DNA of 64,000 nucleotides, from assembly GCA_965248695.1 (NCBI GenBank), contig CBDFKD010000002.1, positions 5,376,001 through 5,440,000 on the forward strand, written 5' to 3'. How positions within the stretch are numbered: position 1 is the stretch's first letter; each line of letters begins with the position of its first letter. Positions 40,570-49,865 of the stretch are shown here, piece by piece. The notes under the pieces were generated by a model. It was not told the origin of the DNA. It worked only from the letters and a program-made list of their open reading frames with translations, and did no database searches. The translations under genes and the position numbers were made by a program. The stretch is from Acidobacteriota bacterium. GTDB lineage: Bacteria; Acidobacteriota; UBA890; WLXD01.

Positions 40570-42989
40570 TCAGTCCTGCCGCCGACGGGTAGGAACGTAG
40601 GGCTCGGGTGGTTTGTCGTACCAAACCGGATCGACCTCCAGCGGCGCTTCCCAGTCGACCTCCGGCATGCCGGCCGGACCCACCCGCGCGTCCTTGCCTT
40701 CGGCTTTGAGGCGTAAACCGGCCAGTACCTTTTCAGGCGTGATCGGAAGCTCGTCGATACGAACGCCGATGGCGTTGTAGACCGCATTCGCGACCGCCGG
40801 CGGCACCGGAAGGAGTGGTCCCTGCCCGACTTCTTTGGCGCCGAACGGGCCTTCACCATCCAGGCTCTCGATCAGGAATGTCTCGACCGGCGGCATCTCG
40901 AGAAAGGTCGGGCTCTTGTACTCGAGCATCGATGGGAACTTGTGCAGACCCTTACGGAAAACCTGCTCTTCCATGAAGATTTCGCCGAGCGCCATGTAGA
41001 CCGAGCCCTCGACCTGTCCTTCCACCAGCTTCGGGTTGATCGAGCGACCGATGTCATGACCGATCCAGATCCTCTCGGGCGTGACGATCCCGGTTTCCGT
41101 ATCGACATCGACCAGCACGGCGGCAGCGGTGTAGGAGTATGCCGGCGATGGTCCGACCCCGGATCCCTTGTACGGGCCGGCAAGCGCCGGCGGGGTATAG
41201 GAGCCTGTCGCCGACAGTTGCCCGAACATCGCCTCTGCCAGTGGCACCGCCTGAGCAAAGCGCATCGACGCACCGCTAGCTCGGTGCTCGATTCGCCGGT
41301 GCGCGAATCGAAGCTCGGCGGCACCGACGCCGAGCTTCGCCGCCGCGGCGGTGGCAAGCATCTCGCGAATCTTCTCTCCAGCCTCCTTCGCTGCGTTGCC
41401 CATCATGAAGGTAACGCGACTGGAGTACGAACCGAGATCAATCGGCGTGGTGTCCGTGTCGGACACCACGAGCTGAACGTCCTCTGGCTCGATCCCCAGC
41501 ACCTCGGCCACGGTCATCGCCAGCACCGAGTTGGAACCCTGACCGATATCGATCTCCATGCACTTGGCGCTGACGCCACCGCCCCGGTCGACCTTCAGAT
41601 CCACCGAGGTGTGCGGCATCTTGTTCCAGTAGATCGGCAAACCCGCTCCCGACAAGTAGGCACCGGCAGCGGCGCCAATGCCTCGGCCAAAGGGCAGGCT
41701 GTGTCGCAACTCGGAATATCCGGACTCTTCGCCCACACGCGCGAGGCACTCATCCAGGCCGCAGGAGGTCACGCGCATGTAGTTGGCGGTCATCGAATAC
41801 TCGTCCACGAGAATTCGACGACGGTACTCGAGCGCATCGACTCCGAGCGCCTCGGCGACGCGATCGAGATGCACCTCGAGGGCATAGCGAGGCTGCGGCG
41901 TGCCGTGTCCGCGCTTGGGGCCGCAGGCGGGCTTGTTGGTGAAAACGCGCACGCCACGGAACCGATAGTTGGGGATCTTGTAGGTCACCGTCTGTAGCGC
42001 ACCGGTGTAGTATAGGTGCTGGCGACTCCGTACGACCCGTACGCCCCACCGTCGACGCAGGAAACGAAATCGAGCGCCAGGATGCTGCCGTCCTCCTGAT
42101 GCGCCGACTTGACCCACATCAGCACCGGGTGGCGCCCGCGATGAGCGTAGAAGACCTCTTCGCGAGTCAGGGTTATCTTCACCGGTCGCCCGGTGAGCAT
42201 CGACAGCTTGGCGACCACGAACTCGTGCGGAAAGATGTCGGACTTGCCGCCGAATCCACCGCCGTTCGGCGTCGCAACCACCCGGATCCGGCTTGCTGGC
42301 AGCTCCAGTACCTTCGCCAGCGCCTTGTGGACGTAGTGGGGCGTCTGTGTGGAGGACCAGAGCGTCAACCTTCCGTCGGCCGAGAACTGGCCAACAGCGC
42401 TGTGTTGCTCCATCGCCAGATGGTTGTTGCCGGAATAGAAGTACACCCCCTCGTGAACGGAGGCGGCAGAAGCCATCGCCGCCTCGACGTCACCGAAGTG
42501 CAGATGTACTTGCTTGTGGACGTTGTCTCGCGGGCCGTAGTCGTGGATACGGTCGTCCTCGTCGACCGGGCTCAGACCTTCCTCGATGTCGAACACGGTG
42601 GGCAAATCCTCGTACTCCACCTCGATGAGCCGTACCGCCTCTTCGGCGACGAACTCGTCGCGCGCCGCCACGGCCGCTATCGGATCGCCGACGAAACGCA
42701 CCCGATCCGGCTCGAGCGGAAACTCATCCTCGCTCACCGGCAGGATGCCGTACTTGTTGCGCGGCAAATCCTTGCCCGTGATGACCGCCTTCACACCTGG
42801 GAGCGCCAGCGCCTGGGAAGTATTGATGTGAACGATGCGAGCGTGAGGCCTGTCCGAGCCGTAGATCTTCCCGTACAGCATCTGCGGGAGCTGGATGTCA
42901 TCGGCGTAGATCTCCTGACCGGTGGCCTTCCTAAGACCATCGACCTTGGGCAATGGTTTGCCGACGACGGACAGGTCCAGCTTCTCCAT
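40570..42989 (-). pseudogene. hcrA: HcrA-like molybdopterin subunit (xanthine dehydrogenase family), frameshifted near 42011-42014
   Basis: GGGFGGK, DGGAY in frame 1; RGHG.PQ, GQG, SSR, EGQ.EG, GAKEVGQ in frame 2; removing TA restores GVASTYYTG. Confidence 0.8.
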
Positions 42990-43017
42990 GCTCAGCCCGC
43001 TCTCCCACGGCGCGCGG

Positions 43018-43614
43018 TCACCGCCGCGGCCTAGTCCCATCAGAGCCGCGTTTGCCCTCGACCGGATCCAAGCCGAGATCGGCCTCGTAGGCGGGGGTCG
43101 CCAATACGCGATGCGTTGGATCGTCGTCGCCGGCAGCACGGCGCTCGCGGATGCGTTCTCCCGCTAGCTCGATCGCCTCGAGGATCTTGAGATAGCCAGT
43201 GCAGCGACAGAGATTGCCGGACAGGTAGGTGCGGATCTCGTCGCGGCTGGGGTCAGCATTCTGTTTTAGCAAAACGTCTGCCGACACCAGGATCCCGGCA
43301 CTGCAATATCCACACTGTGACGCTCCGAGCTCGCCGAACGCCACCTGCAGCTCGTGCGGATCGGAGCCGGACAATAGCCCCTCAACGGTACGCACCTCGC
43401 TTTCTTGCAGCTCGACGGCAAGCGCCAGGCAGGACAGAACGGGCTCGCCATCCACCTGCACCGTGCAGGTACCGCATTCCCCCAGCTCACAGCCGTGCTT
43501 GGTGCCCGTTAGCCGCAGATCCTCGCGGAGCACCTCCAGCAGCGTCTTGTAGACCGGCACAACGAGGTCGAATTGCTCGCCGTTGACGCGCAGCTGGATG
43601 CGCTCCCGGTTCAC
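43018..43614 (-). CDS. hcrC: HcrC-like [2Fe-2S] subunit
   Basis: GTKHGCELGECGTC, QCGYC, NLCRCTGY. Confidence 0.9.
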   Translation of the reverse strand: MNRERIQLRVNGEQFDLVVPVYKTLLEVLREDLRLTGTKHGCELGECGTCTVQVDGEPVLSCLALAVELQESEVRTVEGLLSGSDPHELQVAFGELGASQCGYCSAGILVSADVLLKQNADPSRDEIRTYLSGNLCRCTGYLKILEAIELAGERIRERRAAGDDDPTHRVLATPAYEADLGLDPVEGKRGSDGTRPRR

Positions 43615-44405
43615 TTCTCGCGCCCTCCGAACCTCGGCGCCCGCTTGTCGCGAAGCGCGCGCAGCCCCTCTCCAACGTCGTCGCTCACGAACAGATCCTC
43701 CTGCACCTCGGTCTCGGCGGCCAGGCTGGCCTCGAGCGAGCCATCCAGTCCACGACGCAGCAGGTATTTCGCCTGACGCACCATCTCGCGGGCCGTCCCG
43801 CGCGAGGCGAGCTCGGTGGCGCGCTTACACACCTCGTCGGGGGCCACGACCTCGTGCACCAAGCCGAGCCGCAGCGCCTCGTCGCTACCCACGGCGCGGC
43901 CGCTGATCACCAAATCGAGGGCGCGCGAGTAGCCCACCAGCTGCGGCAGCCAGAAGCTCGCACCCCAATCCGGGGCCAGACCGATGTTGCCCCAGCTGGC
44001 GGCGAGGCGTGCCGTCTCGGACGCGACGCGCAGGTCACAATTGAGCACCAGCGCAAACCCGGCGCCGGCGGCCACGCCATTGATCGCCGCCACGGTCAAG
44101 CCGGGGAAGGCCTGCAGGGCGAGGACGCACTCCACGCCGGCATGAAGAATGTCGTGAAACCCCCGCTGATCCTGTGTGTCGCGAAGCTCGCCCATCACAT
44201 TGACATCACCACCGGCGCAAAACGCCTTGCCCTCGCCGGTAATCACGAGTGCGGCGATCTGCTCGTCACGCGCCGCCTCGACGATTCGATCGCGCAGTTG
44301 TTGGCGCATGTCGTACGCAAGCGCGTTCATCTTCTCCGCTCGCGACAGCGTGATCCGGGCTATCGCGCCGTCACGCTGCGATGTCACGAGGGTGCGTCCG
44401 TTCAC
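43611..44405 (-). CDS. Enoyl-CoA hydratase/isomerase (PaaG-like)
   Basis: AFCAGGD, NGVAAGAG, IGLAPD.G; GTG start overlaps thiolase stop. Confidence 0.9.
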   Translation of the reverse strand: MNGRTLVTSQRDGAIARITLSRAEKMNALAYDMRQQLRDRIVEAARDEQIAALVITGEGKAFCAGGDVNVMGELRDTQDQRGFHDILHAGVECVLALQAFPGLTVAAINGVAAGAGFALVLNCDLRVASETARLAASWGNIGLAPDWGASFWLPQLVGYSRALDLVISGRAVGSDEALRLGLVHEVVAPDEVCKRATELASRGTAREMVRQAKYLLRRGLDGSLEASLAAETEVQEDLFVSDDVGEGLRALRDKRAPRFGGREK

Positions 44406-45610
44406 GCCGTCGCCCCCAGGCGCTCGACGAGCAGGCTGGTGCCCATGCCCCCCGACACACACAGCGTGGCTAGCCCGACGCGCTCGCCACGCCGTCGCAG
44501 ACCATGCAGCAGCGTCACCACGATGCGGGAGCCTGTGCATCCAATCGGATGTCCGAGCGAGATGGAGCCGCCGTCGCTGTTGAGCCGCTCTTGGTCAAAG
44601 CCCAACTCGCGATCGACCGCCAGCACCTGCGCCGCGAAGGCTTCGTTGAGCTCGACCCGATCGATATCGGTGAGGCTCATGTCCGTCCGTTCGAGCAGCT
44701 CGCGAACTGCAGGAACCGGTCCGATGCCCATCACGGCCGGATCGACCCCGGCCTGCGTCGCCGCCAGCAGGCGTCCTTCGGGGACGACGCCATGCTCCTC
44801 CGCCGCCCGGTCCGACATCAGCACCAGGGCAGCCGCACCGTCGGTAACCCCACTGCTGTTTCCGGGGTGAACCGTCCCGTCCTTCTTGAACACCGGTTTC
44901 AACCGCGCCAGGCTCCCCACGGTGACTGCATCGCGCGGATGCTCGTCGCGCGCGACAACTGTAGCGCCTCGTTGGCCGGGCACTTCCACGGCAGCGATCT
45001 CGGCGTCGAAGTGACCCGCGGCGCGTGCCGCCTGAGCGCGCTGCTGGCTTCGAGCTGCATACTCGTCCTGCTCGCCGCGCGAGATGTCGTAGCGCTCGGC
45101 CAGTCGTTCTGCGGTACGCCCCATGAGGTCGCCACAAAGCGGACACATGAAGCCATCCTTGAACTGGCCGTCAAGCAGCTCCGCGTGGCCGAGCCGGGCG
45201 CCCCAGCGGGCCGTCGGCAGCAGATACGGCGTATTGCTCATGCTCTCCATGCCGCCCGCCACGACAACGTCGGCGACGCCGAGGGTGATCGACTGCGCCG
45301 CCAGGATGATCGACTTCATGCCGGAGGCACACGCCTGATTGATCGTGAACGCAGGTGTCTCCACCGGAATACCACTGCCGACCGAGACCTGTCTGGCGGT
45401 ATTCGGTCCGCAGCCTGCCTGTCGCGCGTGCCCCATGATGACTTCGTCGACCGCAGCCGGGGGCACGGATGCGCGCTCCATCGCTGCCATCACCGCATGC
45501 GTGCCGAGATCCACGGCACTCAGCGGGCGAAGACCACCTCCGAACCCCCCGATCGGTGTGCGCACCGTGCCGGCCAGGAAAACCGGTCGTCCCTGACGCA
45601 GGTCAAGCAC
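44402..45610 (-). CDS. Acetyl-CoA acyltransferase (thiolase)
   Basis: CASG, NEAFA, GHPIG, LCVSGGMG. Confidence 0.95.
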   Translation of the reverse strand: MLDLRQGRPVFLAGTVRTPIGGFGGGLRPLSAVDLGTHAVMAAMERASVPPAAVDEVIMGHARQAGCGPNTARQVSVGSGIPVETPAFTINQACASGMKSIILAAQSITLGVADVVVAGGMESMSNTPYLLPTARWGARLGHAELLDGQFKDGFMCPLCGDLMGRTAERLAERYDISRGEQDEYAARSQQRAQAARAAGHFDAEIAAVEVPGQRGATVVARDEHPRDAVTVGSLARLKPVFKKDGTVHPGNSSGVTDGAAALVLMSDRAAEEHGVVPEGRLLAATQAGVDPAVMGIGPVPAVRELLERTDMSLTDIDRVELNEAFAAQVLAVDRELGFDQERLNSDGGSISLGHPIGCTGSRIVVTLLHGLRRRGERVGLATLCVSGGMGTSLLVERLGATA

Positions 45611-45669
45611 GAGGTCTCTCGTGCGATCGGTCGGCGGCTCCCATGGATTCGTATCCCTACCGCTCGGGC

Positions 45670-46449
45670 TCAGCGACCCTGGAAGTCGGCGTCACGCCGC
45701 TCGGTATACGCCTTGACACCCTCTTGAGCGTCGGCCGAGCTGAAAAGCCGGTTCTGCAGCTCGCGCTCGAGTGCGAGTGCGGAGTCCAACGACATCTCCA
45801 TGCCCTCCTGCACCGCCAGCTTGATCAGGCCCTGCGCCATCGTCGCGCCTCCCGCCAGGGTCTTGGCGAAGGCAACCGCCTCGCCGAGCACGTCGTCGTC
45901 TACGACGCGGTTCACCAGGCCGATGCGCTCGGCGCCCTCGGCGTCGAGCAGGTCACCGGTAACCATCATCTCCAGCGCACGCCCTTTGCCGATGAGGCGC
46001 GGCAGTCGTTGCGAGCCTCCGGTCCCCGGAAGCACCCCGAGCTTCACCTCGGGAAGGCCGATCTTTCCCGCCGAGCGGCCCATGATCCGAATGTCGCACG
46101 CCAGGGCAATCTCCAGACCGCCGCCCACACAATGCCCGTTGATCGCCGCGATGATGACCTTCGGCGTGCGCTCCAACCCTTGCAACGTTTCATTGCAATG
46201 CAGGCAGAACATGGCCTTCGTCCGCGGGTCACTCGTTGCCAGCATGTTGATGTCGGCACCGGCAGAGAAGAACTTGCCACCGCCTCCGGTGAGCACCATG
46301 GCGCGCACGTCAGCATCGTGGCGCACGTCTTCGACAACCTCCGCCAGCTCGTGCATGAGGGTCGAGTTGTACGTATTACCAGGGTCGCGCGTCATCGTAG
46401 CGACGGCAACGCCATCTGCTTTTTCGAGGCTGAAAATCGACCAGGCCAT
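45670..46449 (-). CDS. Enoyl-CoA hydratase
   Basis: FFSAGADI, GGGLE, PEVKLGVLPG.GG.QRL. Confidence 0.92.
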   Translation of the reverse strand: MAWSIFSLEKADGVAVATMTRDPGNTYNSTLMHELAEVVEDVRHDADVRAMVLTGGGGKFFSAGADINMLATSDPRTKAMFCLHCNETLQGLERTPKVIIAAINGHCVGGGLEIALACDIRIMGRSAGKIGLPEVKLGVLPGTGGSQRLPRLIGKGRALEMMVTGDLLDAEGAERIGLVNRVVDDDVLGEAVAFAKTLAGGATMAQGLIKLAVQEGMEMSLDSALALERELQNRLFSSADAQEGVKAYTERRDADFQGR

Positions 46450-46755
46450 GGACCTACTCCCACGAGACGGTGAGGAGACGGACAGCTGACATCGAAGCGG
46501 CCCGGGGGGCGCGTAGGGCGGCGACGAGAGGCGGCGAAGGCACCCCGACAGGGTAGGTTGACACTACCACCGGCCTCGGGGGCCGGCAAACGCGTTGAAA
46601 ACGGGCAACGGCCCGAAAATGCTACAGTTACCAGCGATCTGCACGTCGCCGCACGGTTCACCGCGCGGCGCATTTTCAGGTGGCGTGACGCGGCGAATTA
46701 GGGTGGCAAACGCCCGGTCCGGCGGGGCGTTCAGGGTCGCGAGCGGAGGAACGAG

Positions 46756-47055
46756 ATGCGCGTCAAGGTTGTACGTACACCGGGCGAGCTTCGTGACGAG
46801 ATCGGTCACAAGATCATGGTGTGCAAGGACTGGATCGGTACGGTTCAGCGTGAGCTCAGCGACAAGGAGCTATCGGAGGCAGGGTTCCACCCGAAGCGCA
46901 GCGAGCGCGTCTACGAGGTGCTGTTCGACAAGTGGGGGCAAGCGGTCGCGATACCGGCCGTCAACCTTGTCGAGGTCGACGACAACGATGAGCTGCTGGA
47001 GCTCGACGACGAAAACGACAGTATCGTTCTCGACCTCAAGAGCCGCCAGCGGTGA
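46756..47055 (+). CDS. Hypothetical 99-aa protein with acidic tail
   Basis: GGAGGA RBS, GC3-rich codon usage, fills an intergenic gap. Confidence 0.75.
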   Translation: MRVKVVRTPGELRDEIGHKIMVCKDWIGTVQRELSDKELSEAGFHPKRSERVYEVLFDKWGQAVAIPAVNLVEVDDNDELLELDDENDSIVLDLKSRQR

Positions 47056-48172
47056 TGCGCGCGTGCTCGCGGACGACAAAACGGTCCGTCATTCCCGCCA
47101 CGTAGTCGCCGATTGCGACGCGAGTGCCGACGCGCTCCGCCCTCAACCGATGACGCTCGGGAAGCTGCCCTGGATCGTCCATGTAGGCGCGGAATAGCTG
47201 CTCGATGGTCAGGCGGGCGCTTTCCATCTGCTCATGTACCAGGGGACTCTGGTACAGGCGGTGCGACAACATCTGACCAAGCTCGGCGATGTCCGCGCTG
47301 ACTTGCTCGGAGTGACAGGCCAGGTTTGTCGCCTGGGCACGGACGTCTTCTAGATAGCGTACGCCGCTGGCCATGGTTGCTTCGCGCGTGCTCTCGATCA
47401 GGTCCGTAACCAGCGTGTCCACCATCCGTCGGATGGTCTCGTTGAACAGCTCGCGCTCCGTCGCACCGGGGATCTCGGCGCTCGTCTGCTGGTAGGTCCG
47501 TCCAAAGAGCGGCGCTTCGGCGACGAGGTCAACGATCGTCAGCACGTGCGCCTCGACCCCGTCGTCGATGTCGTGCACGTTGTACGCTAGGTCATCCACG
47601 AGATCGATGATCTGTGCTTCCAGCGGCGGCCGCTCGTGAGGCCTGAACTCGCGCAGCTCATCGCCGCCAAGGTGCTCATAGCGCGCCGAGTGCTTGGCGA
47701 TTCCCTCACGTACTTCGTACGTCAGGTTGAGGCCTCGAAAGCCGGGGTACCTCTCTTCGAGCTCGACCACTGTCCGCAGCGTATGGCGGTTGTGTTCGAA
47801 GCCACCGCTGCCGCGCATCATGTCGTCCAGCACGCTCTCGCCGACGTGTCCGAACGGCGGATGGCCGAGATCATGAGCCAACGCGATCGCCTCGCTCAGG
47901 GAGCTGTTGAGTCCCAATACCCGCGCAGCCGTGCGAGCCAGCTGAGCTACCTCGATGGTGTGGGTCAGCCGAGTGCGGAAATGGTCGCCGTGATGGTTGG
48001 GGAAGACCTGCGTCTTGTACTCCAGACGTCGAAACGCACGCGAGTGGATGATTCGATCGCGGTCGCGCTCGAAAGCATCCCGGTAGGCGTGCTCCGGCTC
48101 CGGGTAGCTGCGACCGCGCGATTCTTCTGACCGCATTGCGTACGACTGCAGTCCGCGGTGCGTGCTCGACAT
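47036..48172 (-). CDS. dgt: dGTP triphosphohydrolase
   Basis: RDRDRIIHS.AFRRL..KTQV, RTRLTH, HDLGHPPFGH, DYVAGMTD. Confidence 0.95.
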   Translation of the reverse strand: MSSTHRGLQSYAMRSEESRGRSYPEPEHAYRDAFERDRDRIIHSRAFRRLEYKTQVFPNHHGDHFRTRLTHTIEVAQLARTAARVLGLNSSLSEAIALAHDLGHPPFGHVGESVLDDMMRGSGGFEHNRHTLRTVVELEERYPGFRGLNLTYEVREGIAKHSARYEHLGGDELREFRPHERPPLEAQIIDLVDDLAYNVHDIDDGVEAHVLTIVDLVAEAPLFGRTYQQTSAEIPGATERELFNETIRRMVDTLVTDLIESTREATMASGVRYLEDVRAQATNLACHSEQVSADIAELGQMLSHRLYQSPLVHEQMESARLTIEQLFRAYMDDPGQLPERHRLRAERVGTRVAIGDYVAGMTDRFVVREHARITAGGS

Positions 48173-48364
48173 TGGACTCGACCTCGTCGACGGAGACGGG
48201 GCAACGGTAGTTAGGGGCGCCGCCACGAGCAAGCCGGCGTACGCACCTCGAGTAGGTGTCTCGACGCAACGGGTTATGATCGCGGCGCTCTCGACCTACA
48301 GACCTTCTTTCGCGATCCGAACCACCAACTTCATCCACCGCCGGCAGGTGAGGGAGAGGCACCG

Positions 48365-49717
48365 GTGTCTGAGCGAGCAACCGAAACGTTGGTCCTGATC
48401 AACAGCTACCTCTGGGGCCCACCGATGCTGTTGCTGCTGGTGGGCACCGGAATCTACCTGACCGTGGTGCTGGGTGGGATCCAGTTCCGTATGCTCGGCC
48501 ACGCGCTCCATCTTGCGCTCGTCAAGCGCCAGGAGGACGACGACGCCGAGGGCGACATCTCCCACTTTCAGGCGTTGATGACGGCGCTTGCGGCCACCGT
48601 CGGTACCGGCAACATCGCCGGCGTGGCTACCGCGATCGCCGCTGGTGGTCCAGGGGCGCTGTTCTGGATGTGGGTCACCGGCCTGTTCGGGATGGCAACC
48701 AAGTACGCCGAAGCCCTGCTGGCGGTGAAGTACCGGACCACCGACGAACGCGGTCAGATGAGCGGCGGCCCGATGTACTACCTGCGTGACGGTCTTGGGA
48801 GCGCCTTCCTCGGTAGCGCCTTCGCGCTGTTGACCGCCCTGGCGGCCTTCGGCATCGGCAACATGGTGCAAAGCAACTCTGTCGCCACAGCGATGGAAAG
48901 TTACTTCGGCTGGCCTACCTGGATCACCGGCCTGCTCATCGCGGTGGCGACCGGAACCGTGATCCTCGGCGGCATCCGCGGCATCGCGCGGGTCACTCAG
49001 GTGCTGGTTCCAGCCATGATCCTGCTCTACGTCGGCGCCGCCCTCGTGGTCATCGTCACCCGGCTGGATCAGATTCCGTCGGTCTTTGCCCTGGTGGTCG
49101 GCCACGCCTTCTCGCCGACTGCCGCCGCCGGCGGCTTTCTGGGCGCCACCGTCGCGCAATCGATGCGATACGGCATCGGCCGCGGAGTTTTCTCAAACGA
49201 GTCCGGGCTCGGCTCCGCAGCAATCGCGGCGGCGGCGGCGCGGACACGACATCCGGTAACCCAGGCGCTCGTCTCGATGACCCAGACGTTCATCGACACC
49301 ATCGTCGTGTGCTCGATGACCGGATTCGTCATTCTGTCCACCGGCGTCTGGGATTCCGGCGTCGATGGCGCTCCCCTTTCGGTCGACGCGTTCAACGCCG
49401 GGCTACCCGGCGCTGCCGGTGGTGTGGTGGTTCCGCTGGCCCTGGTCTTCTTCGCCTACTCGACAATCCTCGGTTGGTCGTACTACGGCGAGCGCTCGAT
49501 CGAGTATCTGTTCGGCCAGCGCCTGGTTACCCCGTATCGCGCCGTGTTCACGGTGATGGTGTTCGTCGGTGCGATAGGACGGGTCGACTTCGTCTGGCAG
49601 CTCGCGGACGCGCTGAACGCAGCGATGGCCGTCCCGAACTTGATCGGCCTGATCGGCCTGGCCTCCGTCTGCCGCCAGGAGACGCGCGACTACCTGGCGG
49701 GATTGGTAAAGGGCTAG
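48365..49717 (+). CDS. Sodium:alanine/glycine symporter (AGCS family)
   Basis: [34 protein letters not shown]. Confidence 0.95.
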   Translation: MSERATETLVLINSYLWGPPMLLLLVGTGIYLTVVLGGIQFRMLGHALHLALVKRQEDDDAEGDISHFQALMTALAATVGTGNIAGVATAIAAGGPGALFWMWVTGLFGMATKYAEALLAVKYRTTDERGQMSGGPMYYLRDGLGSAFLGSAFALLTALAAFGIGNMVQSNSVATAMESYFGWPTWITGLLIAVATGTVILGGIRGIARVTQVLVPAMILLYVGAALVVIVTRLDQIPSVFALVVGHAFSPTAAAGGFLGATVAQSMRYGIGRGVFSNESGLGSAAIAAAAARTRHPVTQALVSMTQTFIDTIVVCSMTGFVILSTGVWDSGVDGAPLSVDAFNAGLPGAAGGVVVPLALVFFAYSTILGWSYYGERSIEYLFGQRLVTPYRAVFTVMVFVGAIGRVDFVWQLADALNAAMAVPNLIGLIGLASVCRQETRDYLAGLVKG

Positions 49718-49865
49718 TGGCGTGCCGGCAGAACTGGGTGCGGAGGTCGGAGATTTGACCTGCAGTTCCTATGCCAGGTATCGTGGAGAGGTCCTCTGGC
49801 TAGTCTCCGTTAGCGAATCCCCTTACCCCGAATGGGGTGGGTCCCCTAGACAAAGGGGTTCGACG

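Noticed and set aside
40100-42020. Programmed ribosomal frameshifting or selenocysteine recoding in hcrA/hcrB
   Set aside because: No slippery heptamer or in-frame TGA at the breaks; simple indels explain them
46695-46755. c-di-GMP-I riboswitch suggested by GGCAAAC
   Set aside because: No GNRA loop, GCAAA linker or second stem with a receptor
47036-48172. dGTPase as an antiphage system
   Set aside because: Looks like the common housekeeping form, and no defence island surrounds it
48180-48364. Glycine riboswitch before the alanine/glycine symporter
   Set aside because: The conserved GCCGAAG and CTCTCAGG aptamer elements are missing
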